NCBI GenBank assembly: GCA_018304425.1
Contig: JAGVWE010000003.1
Location: forward strand, 32,001-96,000
Length of the DNA: 64,000 nucleotides
Direction of reading: 5' to 3'
From: Candidatus Iainarchaeum sp.
GTDB taxonomy: Archaea > Iainarchaeota > Iainarchaeia > Iainarchaeales > UBA10219
Shown: piece after piece, positions 37,291 through 45,142 of the stretch
How positions within the stretch are numbered: position 1 is the stretch's first letter
How the letters are laid out: each line of letters begins with the position of its first letter
Program-made: the position numbers and the translations under genes
Notes under the pieces: model-generated
Seen by the model: only the letters and a program-made list of their open reading frames with translations
What the model was told of the DNA's origin: nothing
Database searches by the model: none

Positions 37291-38436
37291 ATGGAGCGCG
37301 TCTACTTCAAGGACAAGGAAATCGTTTTGGTGGGCACGGCGCACATCAGCCAGGCCAGCATCGACCAGGTCAAGAAGGCCATCGAGGAAGAGAAGCCGGA
37401 CTGTGTGGGCGTGGAGTTGGACGCACAGCGGTTCGAACAGCTCCAGCAGGGCAGCCGCTGGCGGGAAATGGATTTGGTGAAGGTCATCCGGGAAGGCAAG
37501 GGCTACTTATTTTTGTTGAACATCTTGTTGGCGAACATCCAGCGGCAGCTCGGCGACCAAGTGGGGGTCAAGCCCGGCGAGGAAATGCTGGCAGCCGTGA
37601 ACGCGGCCAGGGAAAAGAACATCCCGGTGGCGTTGCTGGACCGCGACGTACGCATCACCTTGAAGCGCGCCATGGCCCGGATGTCCGCCCTCGAAAAATT
37701 CAAGTTATTGTATGCGGTGTTGCTGGCCTTGTTCGAGATGCACGAGCCCCTCACCAAGGAAAAGGTCGAGGAGCTCAAGCAACAGGACACCCTGAACGCG
37801 TTGCTCAAAGAACTCGGGCGGGAGGCTCCCGGTGTCAAGCAGGTGCTGGTCGATGAAAGAGACCAGTTCATTGCCAACAAGATTCTGGCGGCGAACGGCA
37901 AGAAGATTGTCGCGGTCGTGGGAGCCGGGCACATCGAGGGCATCCAAAAGCACTTGGCGCACCAGATGCCGATTGCGCACTTGAACCTCGAGCCCACCAA
38001 GAACGTGTGGATGGAGTTCCTCAAATTCGTGGTGCCCGTGGTATTCATTGCTTTGCTGGCCTATGGCCTGGTGAACAAGGGGTTTTCCACGGGCCTCGAA
38101 ATGATTGGATGGTGGATTGCCATCACGGGCGGCTTGTCCGCCTTGGGCGTGCTGGTGGCGCGGGGGCATCCCTTCGCCATTGCCACGGCTTTCCTGGCCG
38201 CGCCCCTCACGACCTTACACCCCGCGCTGGCGGCCGGCTGGTTTGCCGGCCTCGTGGAAGCCAAGATCCGCATTCCCCTGGTGAAGGACTTTGAGGGGTT
38301 GAACAAGCTGAACAGCCTCTCGGACTTGAACAACAACCGCGTGACTCACATCCTGATGGTTACTGCCCTGGCCAACCTGGGGGCCACGATGGGCACGCTT
38401 ATTGCGTTCCCCTATCTCTTGAGCCTGCTGGGCTGA
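37291..38436 (+). CDS. TraB/PrgY (pheromone-shutdown) family protein with C-terminal TMs
   Basis: LVGTAHIS, VGVELD, PGEEM, DRD, DERD, VVGAGH and AAPLTTLHP motifs. Confidence 0.92.
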   Translation: MERVYFKDKEIVLVGTAHISQASIDQVKKAIEEEKPDCVGVELDAQRFEQLQQGSRWREMDLVKVIREGKGYLFLLNILLANIQRQLGDQVGVKPGEEMLAAVNAAREKNIPVALLDRDVRITLKRAMARMSALEKFKLLYAVLLALFEMHEPLTKEKVEELKQQDTLNALLKELGREAPGVKQVLVDERDQFIANKILAANGKKIVAVVGAGHIEGIQKHLAHQMPIAHLNLEPTKNVWMEFLKFVVPVVFIALLAYGLVNKGFSTGLEMIGWWIAITGGLSALGVLVARGHPFAIATAFLAAPLTTLHPALAAGWFAGLVEAKIRIPLVKDFEGLNKLNSLSDLNNNRVTHILMVTALANLGATMGTLIAFPYLLSLLG

Positions 38437-38502
38437 TTTTTAAAGCCGCAAGCCAAGGAGAAACGAATAAATACTTCGTGCGAGACAATATTAGTGGTTT
38501 GA

Positions 38503-39078
38503 ATGAAGTACTGGGCCTTGGTTTCGTTGCTGGTGCTGGCCGTTGTCTTGGCTGGCTGCACCTCAGGCACGGGCCAAGCCATTAGCGCGCCGCTGCTGCC
38601 TGACCGGGAGAACCGCACCTCGGTCTTTGTCATGGAAGACCTTGTCATGTACGGTTTTGGCAGCAAGAAACTGGAGGTAAACAGCGAGGGCCTCAAGATA
38701 CTGCCCCAGTATGGAAAGCTGTTGGCCGGCGTCAGAGCCCAGTTCAAAGCAGCCAGGGACGGGGAAGCCGATACCTCGGGGAAAGCCGATAAGTCGGGTC
38801 ACAAGTACACGGTGCACTTTTACTGCGACCGCTGCTATCTTGGACTCAACATGGCGTCCGACATTCGGGTCAGAATATACCCGCCATCCGTTAAGAAGGG
38901 AGAGAAGGCGACCGGAGAGGCCGGGGTCTGGTCGCTGCCCTACGCAAATCCCTGCGGGGAAAAAACCAAGATAAGGGCCGTATTGGAATTTGAGGACCTC
39001 AATACCAAGAAAATCACGGAACTCGAGTCCAAGGAAGTCGAATTCATTGTCCGGGGCTCGGGCACCTGCACTAAATAG
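38503..39078 (+). CDS. Lipoprotein of unknown function
   Basis: LAVVLAGCTSGTGQA lipobox; beta-rich mature domain. Confidence 0.8.
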   Translation: MKYWALVSLLVLAVVLAGCTSGTGQAISAPLLPDRENRTSVFVMEDLVMYGFGSKKLEVNSEGLKILPQYGKLLAGVRAQFKAARDGEADTSGKADKSGHKYTVHFYCDRCYLGLNMASDIRVRIYPPSVKKGEKATGEAGVWSLPYANPCGEKTKIRAVLEFEDLNTKKITELESKEVEFIVRGSGTCTK

Positions 39079-39090
39079 GGAGAATGACAA

Positions 39091-39642
39091 ATGCAAAAAC
39101 CAATCCTCGTTTTAGTTCTTGTTCTCGCCGTTGTCTTGGCGGGTTGCGCTTCTGGCACGGGCCAAGCCTATAGCGCGGATGATTTGCCAAGCGGAAAGAA
39201 TGCCGCCGTCCAGTTGAGCGACAAAATCACGGTCAGTTACATTGACACCAAAAACCCCGATTACAAGCCCTGGAACCCCGAAAAGTTCAGGGTTGAGGTG
39301 CCGGTGGGCGGCAGCCTCCTGAAATACGGGGCCTACAGCGACGTCGACATTGATGCGAAGATTGTGGATGATAAACGGATGGACGAAGACCACCAGTACT
39401 GGATTCGGTTCAAGGTTGAGGGCTCGGGCATCACGCTGACGAACAGCAAGCCCTTTGAGGAGTTCCGGGTTAAGAAGTCCGTCCGGGGCACGAACATCAA
39501 GGGCAGCGTCTACTCGAATTTGATGGACTGCGGAAAACCCGGCACTATCGTGGTTCAACTCATCTTCAGGAACCCGAAGAAAGGCCATGAAGTGGTGCTA
39601 AAGGAAATCCGCAGCGGAACCTATTACGGTAGCAACTGCTAG
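39091..39642 (+). CDS. Lipoprotein of unknown function, signal region near-identical to the previous gene
   Basis: LAVVLAGCASGTGQA. Confidence 0.8.
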   Translation: MQKPILVLVLVLAVVLAGCASGTGQAYSADDLPSGKNAAVQLSDKITVSYIDTKNPDYKPWNPEKFRVEVPVGGSLLKYGAYSDVDIDAKIVDDKRMDEDHQYWIRFKVEGSGITLTNSKPFEEFRVKKSVRGTNIKGSVYSNLMDCGKPGTIVVQLIFRNPKKGHEVVLKEIRSGTYYGSNC

Positions 39643-39682
39643 AACGCAGGCGCCCTATTCCACTCTCGTGCCCGGGCTTTCT

Positions 39683-40336
39683 TCACTCTCTTTCACGGCC
39701 TTCTTTGAGGTAGGGCAGCAGCGCGCCCTTGGCTTCGGCTTCCTGGATGAGTTTTTTCGCGAACTCCATGCGTTGCAGGCACCCGGCCAGGGCCAAAACC
39801 GCGATGAGGCCGAGGGCCAACTGCATGGGCTTGAAGCCCGCAAGGGAGGGGACGAAGGCAGATGCCAGGAGGCCCAGCAGGAACACGAGCAGCCGCTCCG
39901 CGTGCTCGCCGATGCCTGGCCAGTCGCGGTTGTCGGTTACAATCACCAGGCCTGCGCGGGGCTTGGCGTAGCTGGCGATGAACGACAGGCCGATGGCCAG
40001 CGCGGTCTCGAGGGGAAACCGGGGGGCAAAGGCCGCGTAGAGGAACAGCTCGACAAATTTGTCCATCAAGGCGTCGAAGTAGTTGCCGAAAGGCGAGCGC
40101 TTGTTCAAGAGTTTTGCCACGCTGCCGTCAATCAAGTCCATGGAGGCCGCCAGCACGGCGAAGAAGAAGGCCAACAGATACCGGCCTTGGAAGACGAAGG
40201 CAGCCGCAACTAAGGCGAAGACCACGCCCAACAGCGAAACCTGGTTGGGGGAGATTCCAAGGGCGGCAAAGGGTTTGGCTAACGCAGTGCAAATCCCGCG
40301 CACCCGGTTGCGTGTAGCCTGGCCCAGCATGCCCAT
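39683..40336 (-). CDS. CDP-alcohol phosphatidyltransferase (archaetidylinositol-phosphate synthase-like)
   Basis: SPNQVS and DLIDGSVAK...FGNYFDALMD motifs. Confidence 0.9.
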   Translation of the reverse strand: MGMLGQATRNRVRGICTALAKPFAALGISPNQVSLLGVVFALVAAAFVFQGRYLLAFFFAVLAASMDLIDGSVAKLLNKRSPFGNYFDALMDKFVELFLYAAFAPRFPLETALAIGLSFIASYAKPRAGLVIVTDNRDWPGIGEHAERLLVFLLGLLASAFVPSLAGFKPMQLALGLIAVLALAGCLQRMEFAKKLIQEAEAKGALLPYLKEGRERE

Positions 40337-40947
40337 CAGCCTTCCTTGTGCCCGCAAACCCTTTTAAGGTCTGCTTTCAGTTGTTCCGGGGAATGAAAGT
40401 AAACCACTTGGAAGCCCAGCAGGGTTGCGGCCAAGACATTGTACCAGGAATCGTCGACGAAGAGGGTTTCATCCGCCCTTGCGCCCACGGCCTTCAAGGC
40501 GGCTTCAAAGGCGGCGGGAAAGGGTTTCATGGCCTTTATTTCGTTGGAGAAAACCAGGGCATCGAAGCCGGCATAGCGCTTGAGCATGCGGTTGGTTGCA
40601 ACCTGGTAGTCCGAGGTGTTGGTCAGCAGCACGCATTTCACGCCGTTCCGCCGGAGGCCCGCCACCGCATCCAGCACGCCGTAGAATGGTTTGTTGGCTT
40701 TGTAGGGCGCGGTCAGCAGCTTCTCGAATTCCCCACGGGTCAGGGGAGCCCTGCCGTTGTCGAGCACGCGCGACCAGAACGAAAAGGAATCCATTTTTCC
40801 CGTCAGGTGCGCGCAGTTGTGCAGGCAGTAGCGGAAGAAGAACAGGGACAGGGGCACGCCTCGGGCCCTTGCCGCCGCCTGGAAGGTTTGGAAGTCGTTG
40901 TTCTCAATCACGACGCCGTTGAAGTCCAGGATGGCTGCTTTAATCAC
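40336..40947 (-). CDS. HAD-family phosphatase
   Basis: LDFNGV, LTN, MKP and FVDD motifs. Confidence 0.88.
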   Translation of the reverse strand: MIKAAILDFNGVVIENNDFQTFQAAARARGVPLSLFFFRYCLHNCAHLTGKMDSFSFWSRVLDNGRAPLTRGEFEKLLTAPYKANKPFYGVLDAVAGLRRNGVKCVLLTNTSDYQVATNRMLKRYAGFDALVFSNEIKAMKPFPAAFEAALKAVGARADETLFVDDSWYNVLAATLLGFQVVYFHSPEQLKADLKRVCGHKEG

Positions 40948-41399
40948 TCGCTCACGTCCTCGACGGAGGCCTCGAAGGCGTACTCCAGCAACTCGGCAGG
41001 CGTTATTTCGAGGAGGTGCGCGTCATCGCCGCCCCCGGCGTAAACCTTTTCCTTTGCCATGAGCTTCTGGTCAACCAGGGTTTTCACGCCGTACACGCTG
41101 ATGGGCGGAACGCCCCCGACTTCGTAGCCCGTCATTTCAAGGACCTGCTTGGGGTTGGCGAGTTGCAAAGCGGGGCCAAGGCCCATGGCTTTCGCGACCT
41201 TGGCCGGGCTGACCTTGTCGTCTCCCAGCAGCACCACCAGGACTGCCTGGCTGCGGTCGTAGACGAATACAATGGTTTTGGCGATGTCGTTGACGTTAAC
41301 CCCCAGCACATGGGCGGCTGCCTTGCAGTTGGGCACCTTGTCCACGCACTCGATGAGCTTGGCCTTCAAGCCGTTGGCTTCGATGAATTCGTCGAGCAT
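40944..41399 (-). CDS. YbaK/aminoacyl-tRNA editing domain protein
   Basis: IAKTIVF, TGYEVGGVPP and YAGGG motifs. Confidence 0.92.
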   Translation of the reverse strand: MLDEFIEANGLKAKLIECVDKVPNCKAAAHVLGVNVNDIAKTIVFVYDRSQAVLVVLLGDDKVSPAKVAKAMGLGPALQLANPKQVLEMTGYEVGGVPPISVYGVKTLVDQKLMAKEKVYAGGGDDAHLLEITPAELLEYAFEASVEDVSE

Positions 41400-41439
41400 A
41401 GGCAAGAAAACGGGAAAAAAAGGTTAAAAAGCCAAGGCT

Positions 41440-42615
41440 TTAGGCCCTGGCTTTGACCGCTGCGCACTCCCGCTTCAGGAGTTCGGCCTTGTCCGTGCGC
41501 TCCCAGGTGAAGTCCGGGTCGTCTCGTCCAAAGTGCCCGTAGGCGGAGGTCTTGGCGTAAATCGGGCGCCGCAGGTTCAGGGCCTTTATCATGGCTGCAG
41601 GCCGGAAGTCGAAGTGCTTGAGGACCGCGTTGTACAAGGCCTTTTTGTCGACTTTCTCGGTGCCGAAGGTGTCTACCATGACGCTGATGGGCTTTGCCCC
41701 GCCGATGGCATAGGAAAGCTGTATCTCGCACTTGTCGGCGAGGCCTGCGGCAACCACGTTCTTGGCCGCGTAGCGCGCCATGTAGGCTCCGGACTTGTCC
41801 ACCTTGGACGGGTCCTTACCGGAGAATGCCCCGCCGCCGTGGTTGCCGATGCCGCCATAGGTGTCGACGATTATTTTCCGGCCCGTGCAGCCGGCGTCCG
41901 CAACGGGCCCGCCGAGAACGAACCGGCCCGTGTTGTTGATGAAGTACTTCGTGTCCGCGTCCGCCAACGCGCCGCAAACCGGCTGGATGACTTCGCGCTT
42001 GATGTCTACCCTGAGCTTGTCCAGGGAAACATCGGGGTCGTGTTGCGCGGCGATGACCACGGCTTCCACGCGCTTGGGCTTCCCGTTCGCGTACTCGATG
42101 GTCACCTGGCTCTTGCCGTCCGGCCTGAGGTAAGTGAGCACGCCTTTCTTGCGGACTTCGGCCAGCTTGTGGCAGAGCCGGTGGGCCAGCAGGATGGGCA
42201 GGGGCATCAGCTCCGGGGTCTCGTTGGTCGCGTAGCCGGACATCATGCCCTGGTCGCCCGCTCCGACTTCCTTGTCACCGCTCGCGTCCACGCCCAACGC
42301 TATGTCGGGGCTCTGCTTGTTGATGGAAGTCAGCACGCCGACGCTCTGCGCGTCGAAACCGTACTCGGGCTTGGTGTAGCCGACTTCGCGGAGGACGTTG
42401 CGCACGATTTGCTGCACGTCAACGTAGGTCCGGGTCGTAATCTCGCCCGTGACCAAGATGAAGCCGTTGCCGGCCATGGTCTCGCAGCCGACCCGTGCCA
42501 GGGGATCGTCCTTGTAAATGGCGTCCAGGATCGAGTCGCTGATGCGGTCGCATACCTTGTCCGGGTGCCCTTCCGTTACTGCCTCCGACGTGAACAAAAA
42601 GTCTCCGTTGCGCAT
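41440..42615 (-). CDS. metK: S-adenosylmethionine synthetase, bacterial/eukaryotic type
   Basis: [27 protein letters not shown] and [14 protein letters not shown] motifs. Confidence 0.97.
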   Translation of the reverse strand: MRNGDFLFTSEAVTEGHPDKVCDRISDSILDAIYKDDPLARVGCETMAGNGFILVTGEITTRTYVDVQQIVRNVLREVGYTKPEYGFDAQSVGVLTSINKQSPDIALGVDASGDKEVGAGDQGMMSGYATNETPELMPLPILLAHRLCHKLAEVRKKGVLTYLRPDGKSQVTIEYANGKPKRVEAVVIAAQHDPDVSLDKLRVDIKREVIQPVCGALADADTKYFINNTGRFVLGGPVADAGCTGRKIIVDTYGGIGNHGGGAFSGKDPSKVDKSGAYMARYAAKNVVAAGLADKCEIQLSYAIGGAKPISVMVDTFGTEKVDKKALYNAVLKHFDFRPAAMIKALNLRRPIYAKTSAYGHFGRDDPDFTWERTDKAELLKRECAAVKARA

Positions 42616-42743
42616 GGTGTTTCCTCCCAAGAAAGAAGTATTCCCTGGATTAGATAGGGACCGGTTTATATTAATAATTTCCTGCTGTAATTATTCGCAT
42701 AAGAATAAATAGGGTTTTAAAGGGTTTGAGACAAGGGTATTTC

Positions 42744-43316
42744 ATGCTGCCGGAATTGGGCGACATCAAGTTCAGGCGCAAGCAGTTCGGCTTGACGCAG
42801 TCCGAGCTGGGCCACCGCGCCGGGGTCTCCCAGTCCCTCATCGCGAAAATCGAGGCCGGCAGCCTCGTGCCGAGCTATGAGAACGCCAAGAAATTGTTCG
42901 ACTTGCTGGACCAGCTGCACGAGGAAGTCAAGGTGAAGGCATCCGATCTGATGACGCACAAGGTGTTGAGCATCCCCAGCAACGCGAGCCTGGCGCGGGC
43001 CGCGAAGGCCATGAAGGAGAAGGGGGTGTCCCAGCTCCCGGTCATGGACAACGAAAAAATCGTGGGCACCCTTTCCGAGAAGGACATCCTGCAGCGCATC
43101 CATGACACGGATCACGCCATTGACCTGGGGCAGTTGACGGTTGCCGAGGTCATGGGCGAGCCGCTTCCCCTCATCCGGGAGGACACGACCTTCAGCCTTA
43201 TCTCCTCCCTGCTGGAACACTATCCGGCCGTGCTCATCGGAAAGAAAGGCAAAGCGGTTGGCATCATCTCCAAGTCCGACTTGCTGAAGGTCCTCCTTAA
43301 TAGAAAGAAGAAATAA
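42744..43316 (+). CDS. XRE-HTH plus CBS-pair regulator
   Basis: GLTQSELGHRAGVSQSLIAKIEAG followed by two CBS domains (SQLPV, GIISKSD). Confidence 0.92.
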   Translation: MLPELGDIKFRRKQFGLTQSELGHRAGVSQSLIAKIEAGSLVPSYENAKKLFDLLDQLHEEVKVKASDLMTHKVLSIPSNASLARAAKAMKEKGVSQLPVMDNEKIVGTLSEKDILQRIHDTDHAIDLGQLTVAEVMGEPLPLIREDTTFSLISSLLEHYPAVLIGKKGKAVGIISKSDLLKVLLNRKKK

Positions 43317-43341
43317 TAGTAGGCAGGGGGCGCCGGAGCAA

Positions 43342-43376
43342 AGGTTTAAATACGTAAGCCGCACATAGTAATGTAG
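43342..43376 (+). promoter_or_regulatory. Promoter copy 1 of the surface-protein locus
   Basis: AGGTTTAAATAC-N7-GCACATAGTAATGTAG, similar to 47584-47620. Confidence 0.6.
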
Positions 43377-43441
43377 GTAGTAACTTTTTACTACTAACGA
43401 GTGACAAAGGTTTCCACTCGGAAGGGAGGAGGGAGTATTGG

Positions 43442-43744
43442 ATGAATAAGGCAATGGCTTTGGCGTTGATTGCATTGTTTGCTTTGACCGCTTTGCCTAG
43501 CTTTGTCTCAGCCTATTATCCCTATGGGTATTATGGCGGCTACCGCCCCGGCGTTTATAACTACGGGGCACCGTATTATGGCTCGTACTATAACTACGCG
43601 CCAGGCTCGTACTACAACTACGCGCCATTCGTGTACAGCTACGCCTACTACAGGCCGGCCGTATACAACCGGTACTACGCCTACCCAATGGGTTACCCCT
43701 ATCAGTATGGGGGATGCGGCTGGGGTCCATGCGGGTATTGGTGA
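43442..43744 (+). CDS. Secreted Tyr/Gly-rich low-complexity protein
   Basis: Sec signal ending VSA. By my count 28 of 76 mature residues are Tyr. GGGAGG SD. Confidence 0.8.
   Translation: MNKAMALALIALFALTALPSFVSAYYPYGYYGGYRPGVYNYGAPYYGSYYNYAPGSYYNYAPFVYSYAYYRPAVYNRYYAYPMGYPYQYGGCGWGPCGYW
43580..43627 (+). repeat. 24-bp tandem duplication encoding GSYYNYAP twice
   Basis: GGCTCGTACTA(T/C)AACTACGCGCCA x2. Confidence 0.85.
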
Positions 43745-43804
43745 AGGCAGTAACGGCATGAAGTCTTGCCGCCTAGCTTACAGCAGCGTTGAAAAGGGAA
43801 AAAC

Positions 43805-44332
43805 ATGCGGAAAACCATTTTACTGGCGGGAATGATGGTGCTTGCGTTTTTTGCAGGCAACGCCCTTGCCGCCCCGTTTTACTACTACGGCGAGCAACGG
43901 GCCACGCCTGACTACTTCAACAGCATCGACCCCTTGATCGGCTCGCCCTATTACCCGGAAACCGCCCGGACCTATAGCCTGCGCGGCTACTTCTTCCACC
44001 GCAACTACCCGGTGAGCGCGCTCTCCATGGCCTATGAGCCGCTACGCTCCGAGGAACGGTTTCCCTATGGCAACGTCTACTCGTATGACCCGTTCACGGG
44101 CCTGACCTATCTCACGGGCAGCAAAGGCTACCGGCCATTCGACTACCGCTACAACCAAGGCCTCGGCAGTGCCTGGAACGGCCAAGGCCTTTCGGGCCGA
44201 AGCGCCGGCCGAGACCCCTCGGGTCGAGGCCAGGGCTACCAGTACCTGGACGGCGTGGCCTATAAGCAGCCCGCGGCAGCCAGCCCGGGCTTTGACTTTG
44301 ACACGTATGCCAGAGGGGTAACCTACAGGTGA
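43805..44332 (+). CDS. Secreted Tyr/Gly/Pro-rich protein
   Basis: Signal peptide ending ALA; Tyr-rich mature part. Confidence 0.8.
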   Translation: MRKTILLAGMMVLAFFAGNALAAPFYYYGEQRATPDYFNSIDPLIGSPYYPETARTYSLRGYFFHRNYPVSALSMAYEPLRSEERFPYGNVYSYDPFTGLTYLTGSKGYRPFDYRYNQGLGSAWNGQGLSGRSAGRDPSGRGQGYQYLDGVAYKQPAAASPGFDFDTYARGVTYR

Positions 44333-44336
44333 AAAC

Positions 44337-45137
44337 ATGAAAACCACTGCCTATCTTTTGGGAATAATCTTTTTGGCCTTGTTCGCGGCCAACGCGTTCG
44401 CGCAGGCCACGGTCCAACAGAACCCCATCGATTACACGTACTACGGTTACCCGACGGACTACCCCCTTAACTATATCCTGAAGAATAAGTTCCAGTTGTC
44501 GGGACCGGCCATGTTCGACTTCCGGTTCCTCTCACGGTACATCCCCAACGGAAAGCCGAACATCCTCGAAGAAGGCGTGTGCGTGGACGACGCCTGCTAC
44601 TGCAAGGTGAGATACGGCTTGCACGACAACACGAGTCACGTGCTGCCGCGCGACTACCAGATTTACATCACGCACCACAACAGCGCCAGCGACTACTCCG
44701 CGCCCAGGGGCTCACACAAGGGCTTGTACATGGACTGCGGGCAAAGCGTTTACCCTCCGAACCCCTATTATCCCGGGGAACGGAAGCCGCCCTACGTGCC
44801 CCAGGCTTACACGGCTGAAACCCTGGGCTCCAAGTACGGGACTCCGGTCAGCTGGAGCGTGGCCTATGACTACGCGAAGAACCTGCTCAAGCAACAGCCG
44901 CAGTCGGCCTACACCTACCAGCAGTTCTACGGCTATGGGAACACAAGCAACCCGCAGTTCAACCAGTACACGCGCCAGGGCGCCTACGACTGGGGGTATC
45001 CCATTAACACGACCTACAACCCCTACCAGACCGGAAGCTCTTACCAGGGGCCTACCAGCATTGGAGACCCCCTAGCGGGGGCAGGCGGCTATAGGACCAC
45101 CTACCGGCCGGGGTATACCTATCCCTACAATGGGTGA
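44337..45137 (+). CDS. Secreted Tyr-rich protein with central Cys/His segment
   Basis: Signal ending AFA; CVDDACYC...HD..H...HH...H...C; Y/G/P/Q-rich C-terminus. Confidence 0.8.
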   Translation: MKTTAYLLGIIFLALFAANAFAQATVQQNPIDYTYYGYPTDYPLNYILKNKFQLSGPAMFDFRFLSRYIPNGKPNILEEGVCVDDACYCKVRYGLHDNTSHVLPRDYQIYITHHNSASDYSAPRGSHKGLYMDCGQSVYPPNPYYPGERKPPYVPQAYTAETLGSKYGTPVSWSVAYDYAKNLLKQQPQSAYTYQQFYGYGNTSNPQFNQYTRQGAYDWGYPINTTYNPYQTGSSYQGPTSIGDPLAGAGGYRTTYRPGYTYPYNG

Positions 45138-45142
45138 AAACC

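Noticed and set aside
42616-42743. SAM riboswitch upstream of metK
   Set aside because: The spacer is short and AT-rich with promoter boxes only; no SAM-I/II-like pairing was seen.
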